Shown here piece after piece: positions 38,849-51,833 of a DNA stretch of 64,000 nt (the stretch's first letter is position 1; the number at the start of each line of letters is the position of its first letter). Origin of the DNA: Eledone cirrhosa (taxonomy: Eukaryota). The notes under the pieces are model-generated. The model was given only the letters and a program-made list of their open reading frames with translations. It was not told the origin of the DNA and did not search any database. The position numbers were made by a program, and so were the translations under genes. The stretch lies in the NCBI GenBank assembly GCA_964016885.1, contig OZ024741.1:56916001-56980000 (forward strand), given 5' to 3'.

Positions 38849-38899
38849 AGATTCCTGATGATTTCTAAAGAATGAAACAGTTCTAGTCCTGTAGAATCT
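38849..38899 (+). ncRNA. Hammerhead ribozyme with a looped (non-palindromic) stem III
   Basis: agattc CTGATGA tttc taaa gaat GAAA CAG ttctagtc CTG TA gaatct. Confidence 0.75.
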
Positions 38900-38911
38900 C
38901 TTCTATATTAA

Positions 38912-38949
<38 letters not shown>

Positions 38950-39350
38950 AGATTTGAATGGATACAGTTTAGTTGAAAGGAATTTATTGACACGTGTTTC
39001 TATAACAGTTACATAACCTAAAACAGCTATCTACAAACTTTTAGTTATGCAGACATTCAATATTTCAATGTTATTATTTACTGTCATTTCATCAGAATAA
39101 TATTACTGAGGACCTATTTATATATATATATATAAATATATATATATATTTCTTTAGGTTTGTTGGTTCACCACTGTATAGAATTGGTCATTCCGTACGG
39201 TCAATCTTGATGTAATATTGTGGAGAGTACTCAACGTAGTGCAGTTCACTCATCTTCGTTTGTGTAGTTGGTGGTACGAATACGGAGTTAATTATAAATA
39301 AGATAAAATAACAGGAGGCTGGACTGGTGTAAATCCTTGAAAGGTTTATT

Positions 39351-39408
39351 ATACTATGATCATTTCAATGACCGGGTTCCATATGAATCCGGTGATATCA
39401 TCAGGTAT
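39351..39408 (-). ncRNA. Hammerhead ribozyme, family A
   Basis: Minus strand: atac CTGATGA..GAAA TGATCAT A gtat, then AATAAA. Confidence 0.75.
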
Positions 39409-41253
39409 TGGAATATAACAAAGGAATATGTAAAAAACCATGGGTCCGAAAAATCAGAGACAGAGACAAAGAGGACGACTGACCAACTAGCTGCCTCTAC
39501 CTCGGCCAGTCGCCCTCAAAGTGGTGGCAACCGAATCTACTATGACCATCTGGTGAGGGGCGAAGGCTTATAATGCACTACCATCTCTCCGCCAAAGAAA
39601 AAGGGGAAGAAAGAAAGAGAGGAAGAAAGAAGAAAAAAGGGAGAAAGAAGTCAGCGTAAGGGTCATACTACATTTATGCTAGAAAATGACGCGAAAAAAA
39701 TGTTACTCCAAAGAATCTATAATGGGTGTTTGTATGGTCTAATGTGTGAACCGAAGATTGGAACGTTAAACTTATGTTGCGAGTTATAGGATGAAATTAA
39801 ATTAAATTAAAAATATTAAATTGCAAAATGATAAATTGAAAAATAAATTATTAGAAAATTAAAGGTTAAGTTAACGAGATTTATTTAATGAACTTACGGA
39901 GAGAGTCTTACATGAAAAAATTAATCTCGATAAGATATCAGGATGGGATATAGAGTAAAGATTTCGATTGTGAGTTCCAGCCAGCACACCCACCGCCATG
40001 AGTCAGCCAGTCTCGAGTGGTATCGTCCAGCGAAAGAAATGGAAATTAATTTTTTCCGAGTACTCTAGGAACGTAGCTACCTTAGGCCCCGGGAGTGCTA
40101 GCGGGAACTCCACAATTTCGACAGGCCATCGTCTATACCAAACGAATATTACTAAATCACACATGAGGGGTTTATTTACGTGCCAGTAGAGGCATGATAC
40201 AGCTAATAGTTATGCCTAAACCTGGAGTTTATAGGTACATGTATAATATGGCGGCCAAAACAGGCGACGCGGTGGGACCGGGGCAAAGCAATCCGCTCCG
40301 AGTAATTTCGTTTACCGAAAGAGGAGAAATTTATTTTTCCGAGCACTCAAGGAAGGCTGAACTTTCCGAGTGCCCAGCGCGCAGCCGGGAAAAGCCACCA
40401 CATAAGTCGTAGGCAGCAACCCAATGAAAAGTGCAAATAGACCATAATTATTTTAAAGTCCCAGTTAGTCCGCGTTATAAGTAGTGTGGTTCTTAGGTGG
40501 GTAAGGGGCTATGAAAGGTGCATAATGACCTGAGTAAGGAAAGTTACAAAAAAATAATAAAAGCAGGATACAAAGATAAAATACAAATATAAGGTTAGAA
40601 TACATTGATAAAAATACATTAATAAAATAATAAAAAATTAATCAAGGTAAATAACTAGGGATGTTGAAAGACGGAAGTATATAAGAACGTATCGGAGGAA
40701 TCACAGTGTAGGGGAAATACAATATAGATCAAGTTGTAGTAAGATAATACAGGTTGTACATATAGATATAGAGGATGGAGGAGATGGAATGGTAACAGGT
40801 TGTACCTAGTGTAAAGTTCGGGTCTCCGAATTCAGTGTGAGTCACAAAAAGTCCTGAGGTATAGAGTCAAGAATTCAGTCAATACATGTTTTAGTATAAT
40901 ACGTAGAGTTTTGCCGGAATCGGAATCATCCCGACAAGGAAGTAGTATCAGGTGGCGGTAGATAAGGCGCAGAGCAGCCAAAATCCGAATGGTAAGTAGA
41001 TCAGTTAATCCCATGCTGGTAATAGCTGTACACTGAAGTCAGTGCCGCTGTTCAATATTACATTTTGAAGTGCTCAACATTTTTGGAGCATTATTTCTTT
41101 AGGTTTGTTGGTTCACCACTGGATAGAACTGGTCATTCCGTATGGTCAATCTTGGTGTAATATTGTGTAGTTGTTGATGCGAATACGGAGTTAATTATAA
41201 ATACGATAAAATAACAGGAGGCTGGACTGGTGTAAATCCTTGAAAGGTTTATT

Positions 41254-41311
41254 ATACTATGATCATTTCAATGACCGGGTTCCATATGAATCCGGTGATA
41301 TCATCAGGTAT
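41254..41311 (-). ncRNA. Hammerhead ribozyme, family A (second unit)
   Basis: Identical to 39351-39408. Confidence 0.75.
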
Positions 41312-43179
41312 TGGAATATAACAAAGGAATATGTAAAAAACCATGGGTCCGAAAAATCAGAGACAGAGACAAAGAGGACGACTGACCAACTAGCTGCCTC
41401 TACCTCGGCCAGTCGCCCTCAAAGTGGTGGCAACCGAATCTACTATGACCATCTGGTGAGGGGCGAAGGCTTATAATGCACTACCATCTCTCCGCCAAAG
41501 AAAAAGGGGAAGAAAGAAAGAGAGGAAGAAAGAAGAAAAAAGGGAGAAAGAAGTCAGCGTAAGGGTCATACTACATTTATGCTAGAAAATGACGCGAAAA
41601 AAATGTTACTCCAAAGAATCTATAATGGGTGTTTGTATGGTCTAATGTGTGAACCGAAGATTGGAACGTTAAACTTATGTTGCGAGTTATAGGATGAAAT
41701 TAAATTAAATTAAAAATATTAAATTGCAAAATGATAAATTGAAAAATAAATTATTAGAAAATTAAAGGTTAAGTTAACGAGATTTATTTAATGAACTTAC
41801 GGAGAGAGTCTTACATGAAAAAATTAATCTCGATAAGATATCAGGATGGGATATAGAGTAAAGATTTCGATTGTGAGTTCCAGCCAGCACACCCACCGCC
41901 ATGAGTCAGCCAGTCTCGAGTGGTATCGTCCAGCGAAAGAAATGGAAATTAATTTTTTCCGAGTACTCTAGGAACGTAGCTACCTTAGGCCCCGGGAGTG
42001 CTAGCGGGAACTCCACAATTTCGACAGGCCATCGTCTATACCAAACGAATATTACTAAATCACACATGAGGGGTTTATTTACGTGCCAGTAGAGGCATGA
42101 TACAGCTAATAGTTATGCCTAAACCTGGAGTTTATAGGTACATGTATAATATGGCGGCCAAAACAGGCGACGCGGTGGGACCGGGGCAAAGCAATCCGCT
42201 CCGAGTAATTTCGTTTACCGAAAGAGGAGAAATTTATTTTTCCGAGCACTCAAGGAAGGCTGAACTTTCCGAGTGCCCAGCGCGCAGCCGGGAAAAGCCA
42301 CCACATAAGTCGTAGGCAGCAACCCAATGAAAAGTGCAAATAGACCATAATTATTTTAAAGTCCCAGTTAGTCCGCGTTATAAGTAGTGTGGTTCTTAGG
42401 TGGGTAAGGGGCTATGAAAGGTGCATAATGACCTGAGTAAGGAAAGTTACAAAAAAATAATAAAAGCAGGATACAAAGATAAAATACAAATATAAGGTTA
42501 GAATACATTGATAAAAATACATTAATAAAATAATAAAAAATTAATCAAGGTAAATAACTAGGGATGTTGAAAGACGGAAGTATATAAGAACGTATCGGAG
42601 GAATCACAGTGTAGGGGAAATACAATATAGATCAAGTTGTAGTAAGATAATACAGGTTGTACATATAGATATAGAGGATGGAGGAGATGGAATGGTAACA
42701 GGTTGTACCTAGTGTAAAGTTCGGGTCTCCGAATTCAGTGTGAGTCACAAAAAGTCCTGAGGTATAGAGTCAAGAATTCAGTCAATACATGTTTTAGTAT
42801 AATACGTAGAGTTTTGCCGGAATCGGAATCATCCCGACAAGGAAGTAGTATCAGGTGGCGGTAGATAAGGCGCAGAGCAGCCAAAATCCGAATGGTAAGT
42901 AGATCAGTTAATCCCATGCTGGTAATAGCTGTACACTGAAGTCAGTGCCGCTGTTCAATATTACATTTTGAAGTGCTCAACATTTTTGGAGCATTATTTC
43001 TTTAGGTTTGTTGGTTCACCACTGGATAGAACTGGTCATTCCGTATGGTCAATCTTGGTGTAATATTGTGTAGTTGTTGATGCGAATACGGAGTTAATTA
43101 TAAATACGATAAAATAACAGGAGGCTGGACTGGTGTAAATCCTTGAAAGGTTTATTATACTATGATCATTTCAATGATC

Positions 43180-43246
<67 letters not shown>

Positions 43247-43499
43247 AGGAGTGAAGAATAATATGGTCAACAGTACAAAAAGGGTTTTATTTACAGTATC
43301 AACAATTGTTTCATCGATTAAGTTTTTTGCTAATCACTTGAAGTTGTGTCACTCAATCTTAAATACAATGTATAACGATAATTTGTTATCCCATATATAT
43401 ATATATATGATGATATATATATATATATACATTTTAGAATTTTATTTCTCGCCCTAGCACAGCTGATACATAAATGTAAGTACACACACACACACACAG

Positions 43500-43560
<61 letters not shown>

Positions 43561-44025
43561 AACATATGTGTATATATATATATATATACATACGTACACA
43601 CACATATATACATATGACGATATACATATACATATACATATACATAGACATATACATATGACGATACATATACATATGACGATCGGTCACGGGCACGGCA
43701 CAGCTTCAAATCGAGCCGTTTGTTTACAAACGAATCGAACATTATTAATGTTCGATAAAACCCATACGTACATATGTATATATGTGTGTGTGTGTATGTA
43801 TATATATATATATATGTGTGTGTGTGTATACATATGTGTGTACGTGTGCATACTTACATATATTCAATTTTATTACGGTTAAATAGAGTCTTGTTACTCT
43901 GGAGCTTCGCCTGTTTAGTGATGAACAGGCGAAGAGTAACAAGACTCTATTTTAGCCTTTATAAAATGTATATTAAAAATCTCTACTTCGGTTTTGAGTA
44001 CTCTTTTCTTTCAGCCGTCAACCAA

Positions 44026-44073
<48 letters not shown>

Positions 44074-45107
44074 CTCCGGAGTGAACAGACCAGCCTGCAG
44101 ACTTCGTTGAGTGCTCCAACCTGCATACTGAAGTATCAGTAAACAACCAACACATGCTCAAAGTTATGTATATATATATATATAAATATATATATATTGT
44201 ACAGCCGACCATGTTATTCTTCACTCTTTTACTATATATATATATACATATATATATATACATGGTTGGTCCATGATAGAGGCAACCTCCATCATGGAAC
44301 AACCAAGCGCTCTTGCCATAATAACACTTTTTGAACTGCTTATCCTCAAGAACTATACCTGTAAATAATATTATTCTTTATTTCCCATTACCTTATCATG
44401 TTCCACATCACCCCCTTTTTTTCTTTTTTCTTTTTTCTTTTTTCTTTTTTCTTTTTTCTTTTTTCTTTTTTCTTTTTTCTTTTTTCTTTTTTCTTTTTTC
44501 TTTTTTCTTTTTTCTTTTTTCTTCAAAAACCTTGTTTGTAAATAATATTATTCTTTCTTTCCCATTTCCTTAACATGTTCAACATAACATTATCTCCTAC
44601 ATTTTATACCAATATAAATTCCCCCCTTTGATAATGCATAAAATGCTGAAAATAGACAATTATTAAATATATAAATAAATAGATAAATAAATAAATAAAT
44701 GCTATTGTTAATTAATAAATAAATTAACTAATACCTTAACACTTCACACAAAGTAAAATATTTTGTTTTAAACATTTTCTAACCCAGAAAAAAGAGAAAA
44801 AATAAAAGGAAAAAAAAATGTTTCTTCCTAATAATCGTCTTTTTCTCCCTATGTTCATATATATATATATATATATATATATGAGAATAAACGTGCTGCG
44901 TGGTTGCTAATGGGTTACATATGAATAAAGTTAGTCCTTCATCAGTGATCTTCCAACCATCATTGGTATTTCATCGCTTTAAAGACCATATACCTCCGGT
45001 TGGTGCGAGCAACGGCTAAAAAAAGTCGTTGGGACACGTAAATAAAGGGGACACGAGAGTGTAAACAAACAAAGATGGTGAAGCAACGAAAAGTGAGAAA
45101 GAAGGAG

Positions 45108-45164
<57 letters not shown>

Positions 45165-45182
45165 TATATATATATATATATA

Positions 45183-45375
45183 TAGGAAAAAGTATGACTC
45201 CGACGGCAGAGCTCAAGCCGTTTCGACGGCTATTTCTGGACAGAAATAGCCGTTGAAACGGCTTGAGCTCTGCCGTCGGGGTCATACTTTTTCCTATTTC
45301 CCACTCTACTACCCTAAGTATTGAGTACACTGGTGCGTTATGGTCCATCTGGTTCCTTACCACAATTCCTTCGTT
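45183..45375. mobile_element. Palindromic PLE-type terminus with tail
   Basis: About 56-bp arms 45183-45238 / 45241-45296, then a ~80-nt one-sided extension; (TA)n flanks. Confidence 0.6.
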
Positions 45376-46020
45376 ATATATATATATATATATATATATA
45401 TACAAAGAAAAGAAATAAATAAAAATAAGCAAACACCCATTTTGAATACCAATTAAGGTTTAATCTAAGATATATAACATTTTCATTTTCCCTGTTATTA
45501 TGTATAGAATTAGATTGTCTCGCTTGGTATGAAACCTTAAAAATCGAAGTATTTCAAAACAATGTGATGATACTTATTACTAATAAACACTTAACTAAAT
45601 AAAGGAAATATTGCATCTACGAGAAATAACACAATAACAACCAATTCGTAAATAAATTAAAAGCACTCTCACAAACTGTTTGGCTTTAGTAAAACTCAAC
45701 TTGAGGTCCCTCTCTAAATATTGTCTGGAAAGTTGAATACCCGAAAAGAGAAACCGAGGACGCTAATGAAGAATCTGCAGATACTCCACTCTGACTAGAC
45801 CATTAGATTTGTACCTGTGACCACTGGGGTTCTGGGATATGTTACTAACTGTCCCACGGCCAGTTAGGAAGCTGAAAGTACAGTCCGTTAAAGAAGCTAT
45901 AAACATATGTAAAACATTTCAGAAATTCAGCATGTAATAACTGCATACACACATGTATAGATACAGAAACATATGGTTGTGTACACCATAAACATAGATA
46001 ACATACATATATATGTGTAT

Positions 46021-46091
<71 letters not shown>

Positions 46092-46343
46092 TGTTGCAGA
46101 AACCCAATATCGGAGTATTCCATCTTCCCCGAGGGTCCGGGTAACTATTTCAATCATATCTTATTTTGTTTGACCCGTTTAGCTTGTTCGCTTTTTTGGC
46201 TCTGGTGGTTTGTATGACCTTTTTAACTTATGTTTATAGCTCTCGTATCTTCATATCCATGGAGCGCTTGCGTACACAATACGGAAGTTGCGTTTCGCTA
46301 ATTTCTACCCGCCGAAATGCGATTCTCGGTAAATTTATATTTG

Positions 46344-46404
<61 letters not shown>

Positions 46405-46408
<4 letters not shown>

Positions 46409-46980
46409 CGTTTAAATTTTGTAGTTTACCACTGGTTAGAATCGGTCATTCTGCAATGTTAATCGTGACGTAATATACAAAAGCACTCGTTATGCAACTC
46501 ATCCATCTTTGATGTTGAATCATGTTGGTGGTGCGGGAAGGAAGTAAATGTATTATAAAGTGAAATTACAGGAGGCCAAATATGTTGAATTTCCTTAATT
46601 ATTTATTTCTGCAAAACTATATATTTCAGTGGCCAGGTTGTGTAAGAACCTGGTGACATCTTCAGGTGTAAATTGCGTAATAGATGTATACCAACGGAAT
46701 GATGGTAAACTTTAAGGAAACAAGCAAAGAAAAAAACGGAGTAGAAAAAAGTGTGTTTATGTTTTTGACCCTGAGACGAACGTTTTTATAATGCCTCGCT
46801 GCCTCTCGTTTCCTTAAAGTTTACCACCATTCCGTTGGTATACATCTATTACGAAATTTACGCCTGAAGATGTCACCAGGTTCTTACACAACCTGGCCAC
46901 TGAAATGTGCATAGTGTTTGCAGAAATAAATAATTAAGGAAATTCAACATTTTTGGCCTCCTGTCATTTCACTTCATAAT
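46405..46980. mobile_element. Family-A-related element with inverted pLTR
   Basis: 46555-46721 inverted versus 46808-46980; terminal ggcctcctgtcatttca and tail homologous to family A. Confidence 0.75.
46860..46917 (+). ncRNA. Hammerhead ribozyme, family A-related
   Basis: acgc CTGAAGA tgtca ccaggt..acctgg ccact GAAA TGTGCAT A gtgt; stem II covaries with family A. Confidence 0.75.
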
Positions 46981-46989
46981 ATATATATT

Positions 46990-47064
<75 letters not shown>

Positions 47065-47316
47065 TTTAGTACAGCATTGACGAAGCTTTAGTATACGGCC
47101 AAGCTAGCGTATATGCATAATCGGTCTGCAGCTTTAGCACTCGGATGAGGTAAGACCCCAGAGTAATAACATTACGTTCAGACAGCTTAGCAAATCAGAT
47201 ATAGTAGTCGGCAGTCCAACCGCAGTACCAGAGCAACGAAAATACAGGACCCAGGAAAAGATTTTATACTGACCCGGACATAGCGGTGAGGCTGAGTGTA
47301 AAATATATAACTTACA

Positions 47317-47367
<51 letters not shown>

Positions 47368-48089
47368 GGGGGGGGAGACCGAGGACGCCCCAATGACAGA
47401 TGGAGTGGCCAGATCTTAAAATGGTTTCAATGTCAATCATAGGCAGAAATCTTAAGCGGAAATAACGATTAAAAGGAAGGATCATAAACAGTTCATATAA
47501 TTAACACTTTGACACCAACCTGTCTCAAACCGCCTCTAGTTCTATAAAACATTCCACATATTTTGAAGGGTTATGATTTAAATTAAAATCTTCAAACAGT
47601 ACAAGGATAAATCTACTTTTTTTCTTAACTGTAGCTATAATTCATAGCTCCAGTCTTGTCACATTGTGTCTTGTCATTTATTCGACGTGAAAATTATGTC
47701 ATGGTTAAGGTAGGCTCAGCGATTTATACGTTAATTTCAAGAGTACCAATACAGTCGGCTAAACAACTGAAATCTCATCATGGAAACCAACGGAGAAACG
47801 CCCCCCCCCCCCCTCCCAATTTTTTTCTGTTTCAATTATGATCGATAGTCTATAGTAAATAGGTTCATGCATATGTAATAATATTTTCTCAATAACACAC
47901 ATTGGCTCGCGAATGTAAGCAACCGAAATGGGGTTCCATCGAATGGTCATTAGATTAACGTTAATCGATAGGATGTGTAGCTCTGAGACAGTGAGTCGCT
48001 CCATGTAGAGCTGTTACTTCTCCGAATTGAGAGATCACAGTTCCGATACTACTAGCAATTCTCACACTCTGCCCTATGACTCTCCCGGG

Positions 48090-48234
48090 GAGGAGGAGGA
48101 GGAGGAGGAGGAGGAGGAGGAGGAGGAGGAGAAGAAGAAGAAGAAGAAGAAGAAGAAGAAGAAGAAGAAGAAGAAGAAGAAGAAGAAGAAGAAGAAGAAG
48201 AAGAAGAAGGAGAAGAAGAAGAAGAAGAAGAAGA
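48090..48234. repeat. (GAG)n(GAA)n microsatellite
   Basis: Direct reading. Confidence 0.95.
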
Positions 48235-48777
48235 GTGTTGCCATATTTTTTTTATCGACAAACAGCCAGCCAGCCAAACAGTCGGTCAGCTAACAGAAAG
48301 GAATTGCTTATCCATACAATAAAGAGTAAATCGACTAGGAAATATATAGAGAGCATTTCCTATATATTTACAGTTACACCAATAGAAAAATGGATTTCTA
48401 AACAGCAAGTTAATTGCTTGCTATTCATTTTCAGGAATGGAATATCTTTTCACTGCTTCTTACGCTGTTTCTTAATCATATACTTTCAAACGTTGATAAC
48501 TCAACAAAGCAAAATTCGACAATAAATCATTTTTCTCGTTGAACATATTGGAAAAAACCGTAAAATAATTACAAAGCGTTCCTGCAAACTGATTTAATCA
48601 GTTATTTCATAAAGTCTCTTTTGATGATGTTCTTACTTACATATTGCAAACCTTCTGTATTATTGTTGTTGTTGTTGTTTTATTTTCCTCGTCACAGTAT
48701 GTATGGTTGTAAATGCCGTCTGCTCTAGCTAAATAAGGCATTTTTATGTTTCGCTAACGTGTGATAATGTTGTGGAA

Positions 48778-49392
48778 AATTGTTCTTGTCATATACATTT
48801 TTTATATATATATATATGGCATACACACACATATATATATATATGTATTTACATATTGCTTATTTCATATCATATTCTTGGTTACACGTTTCCAATTAGC
48901 CAATTACTGGTACACTGTAGTAATGGAGAGAACAGTAAGGTGAAAGGGGTCTGTCTGTGCAACACGAGAGGAATAAATATCACAAGCATTTCGTCCTTTT
49001 TTTTTTGTTCGCCGATATACATCGCTGACCCCCCCCCCCCCCACACACACACACACGGACATATATGTGTTTTATTATTATTTCTGGCAATATTATAATA
49101 ATATGACCCTCCCCAAATATAACAATATTTAAATTTCAGCGATGTATATCGGCGAGCAAAAAAAAAAAAGGACGAAATGCTTGTGATGTTTATTCCTCTC
49201 GTGTTGCACAGACAGACCCCTTTCACCTTACTGTTCTCTCCATTACTACAGTGTACCAGTAATTGGCTAATTGGAAACGTGTAACCAAGAATATGATATG
49301 AAATAAGCAATATGTAAATACATATATATATATGTGTGTGTATGCCATATATATATATATATATATATAAAATGTATATGACAAGAACAATT
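48778..49392. repeat. About 250-bp inverted repeat around a PLE terminal fragment
   Basis: Arms 48778-49028 / 49136-49392; spacer contains atgaccctccccaaatataacaata. Confidence 0.85.
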
Positions 49393-49416
49393 TATATATA
49401 TATAAATTTATATATA

Positions 49417-49486
<70 letters not shown>

Positions 49487-49527
49487 AATACATACACACA
49501 CATACATAGACAAACACACACACACAT

Positions 49528-49566
<39 letters not shown>

Positions 49567-50125
49567 CTAGCAGTGGTACCCGGCGTTGCACGGGATAGGG
49601 TATTTTGGAACGCGGGCCGCCAACAGACCTAATCGTGGATAAAAACTACATGCCTGGACAATATGTAAAGAAAATAAACCGAATACTCTGATGGCTGGAT
49701 AATCTAAGATTTTCCTCGATGAAGCAGGAAAAAGGCAAGTTTTCACCTAGGGGATCAAGAAAATAAATTTTTTTTATGTGCATAATATGCCTTGAAATTT
49801 CGGGAAAATCGGCTAGGCGTAACGCCTCAAAATAGCCCTAAAAAGCTGAAAAAAATGAAGTTTTCCACCTAATGCGGGCCCTAGGCCATAAAAAAGTTGG
49901 ATTTTCTTTGCTCAAGGTATGAAGAAGAGACTGACTAATACATAGTTACAATTTCAAGGAAATCGGTCTGACGTAACGCCTCAAAAAAAAACCTAAAAAG
50001 CTGTGAAAACGCAGTTTTTCATCTAAGGGATCAAAAAGTTGAATTTTTTTTATGTGCATAACACTCCCTGAAATATAAGTAATACACATGTAAAGTTTGA
50101 AAAGATCGGTTGGGTACTTCTCGGG

Positions 50126-50224
<99 letters not shown>

Positions 50225-50795
50225 TACATACATACATACATACATACATACATACATACATACATACATACATACATACATACATACATACATACATACA
50301 TCCTTCCTCAGTTTTATATATATACATATATATAATAAAATAACAGATTAGAGTTTAAGCAAAGAATCGCTGCTTTCACTCTTTACGGGATCTTCTGAAA
50401 CTAAAAACATCAATCTGTGAACGCAGAAGTAAATATTTCGAAAAACGTTGCAACCGAAGGAAAACAGGAAGACGATATTTTGGTTCATGAAGACGTTCCC
50501 TGGCAATGAACGGATAATAGCGAACATAATACGTCATCAATGTTCGTCAGAATGTCGTAATGCAGACAGCCAGGCATACAGACAGATATTATAAGAGCAC
50601 GACGGAGATGGATAACCGGCGCCTAACACTCCTTTAACAACAGAAAATTGAAAAATAAAAGCTGCAGTTAATATTTAGACCGCAAGGAATATATAAATGT
50701 AAGTTTGAAGTCTATCGGAGTAGAAATGTGGATTTGTATGGACTTTGCAAAAATGAGGACACACACACAGACAACATCAGTTTTATATATATAGA
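49567..50795 (-). mobile_element. Non-autonomous Helitron (possibly composite)
   Basis: Minus strand: A|TCTATATATATAAAACTG ... hairpin CCCGtgcaacgcCGGG, 8 nt, CTAG|T; AT target site with no TSD; internal (CA)n(CATA)n; second 5'-like end near 50320. Confidence 0.7.
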
Positions 50796-51833
50796 TAGAG
50801 AGAGGGGGGGGATAGAGAGAGAAAGTAAATTACTTATCTTTCTCTCCCTCCACCTACATACAGTGTGACACACTCACAGCCTGATCGACACACATGTACA
50901 TACAAACAAACAGTGCGAATAGAGGGAAGCACAACAACCACACGCACATGCCAGTAACACTGACATATCCAGACATTCTGCTACCAATACTGCAGACAAA
51001 CCCTCGTGCATGAATACATACCCACTACGCTCACATCTACTTCGCCCTCCATTTTTTTCTCTTCCAAAACTTCATTTTCCTTCACTCATGTTTTTTTCTT
51101 GATGAAGGACTAATGCCCGATACGTTGAATACTCTTCTTTTCAATGTAAGTGCTAACCTAATAATATTTTATAACTGTTTTCTGTATTTCTTTTTAATTT
51201 TAGACTTTCCATATATATATATATATATATGAAAAATACTGATTTGTACTTTAAGCACAATGCCAACAATTTTGATGAATGGAAAGTCGATTAAATCGAG
51301 CACTACTATTTGCTACGATAGTCTGAGGCTAAACGACTCAGTCAATTATCCGCACTATATATAGGAAATATTGTAATAAGCTACACCTATAATTTTATAT
51401 GCACATACAAAGTTACAGTACACAACGAAAAAAAATTAGTTCATACAAAATAAATTATAGTATTTTTGAAAGAAAGTCTGCAAAAAGATGTTTATTTTTT
51501 TACTTACTGATTTCAGCTTTTGAAAGTTTCATTTTCAAAAATGTTCTATATTTTACTAGGGCAAATTTGTTAACCTTAAAAATTTCATTTTTAACCTTAT
51601 TTTAAAATTTTATCGACAGATTTAAACCTCATTTTAAACTTATTATTATTAATAAATCCATAAAAATTAAGGTCCATTCTAGTTTCGATTACCTTATGAT
51701 ACATTATCAAAGCAATTTTTAAAAATAACTATTGTGAAAATTATAGTACAATACGATATATTGTAGGCTTTATATGTGGCTTTATATTTGTAGGCAAAAA
51801 AATTCCTGACTTTTGCACGAATTTTTTGCAGCA

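Larger units (their letters stand above)
39150..43177 (-). mobile_element. Family A tandem array, ~2.1 units of 1903 bp
   Basis: Exact 1903-bp period (ORF-track repeats at 39337/41240/43143); HHRs at 39351-39408 and 41254-41311, truncated third HHR at the 43177 end; (TA)n flanks. Confidence 0.9.

Noticed and set aside
39150-43177. Short ORFs repeated in the 1903-bp unit as a possible operon or gene cluster
   Set aside because: ORFs are not preserved in the homologs at 10-11 kb and 21-24 kb (frameshifts and stops); they recur only because the DNA is duplicated
44890-44950. Minus-strand CTGATGA near 44940, plus HHR-like traces at ~39055-39100 and ~51098-51130
   Set aside because: GAAA box or stems missing or degenerate; at best decayed relics
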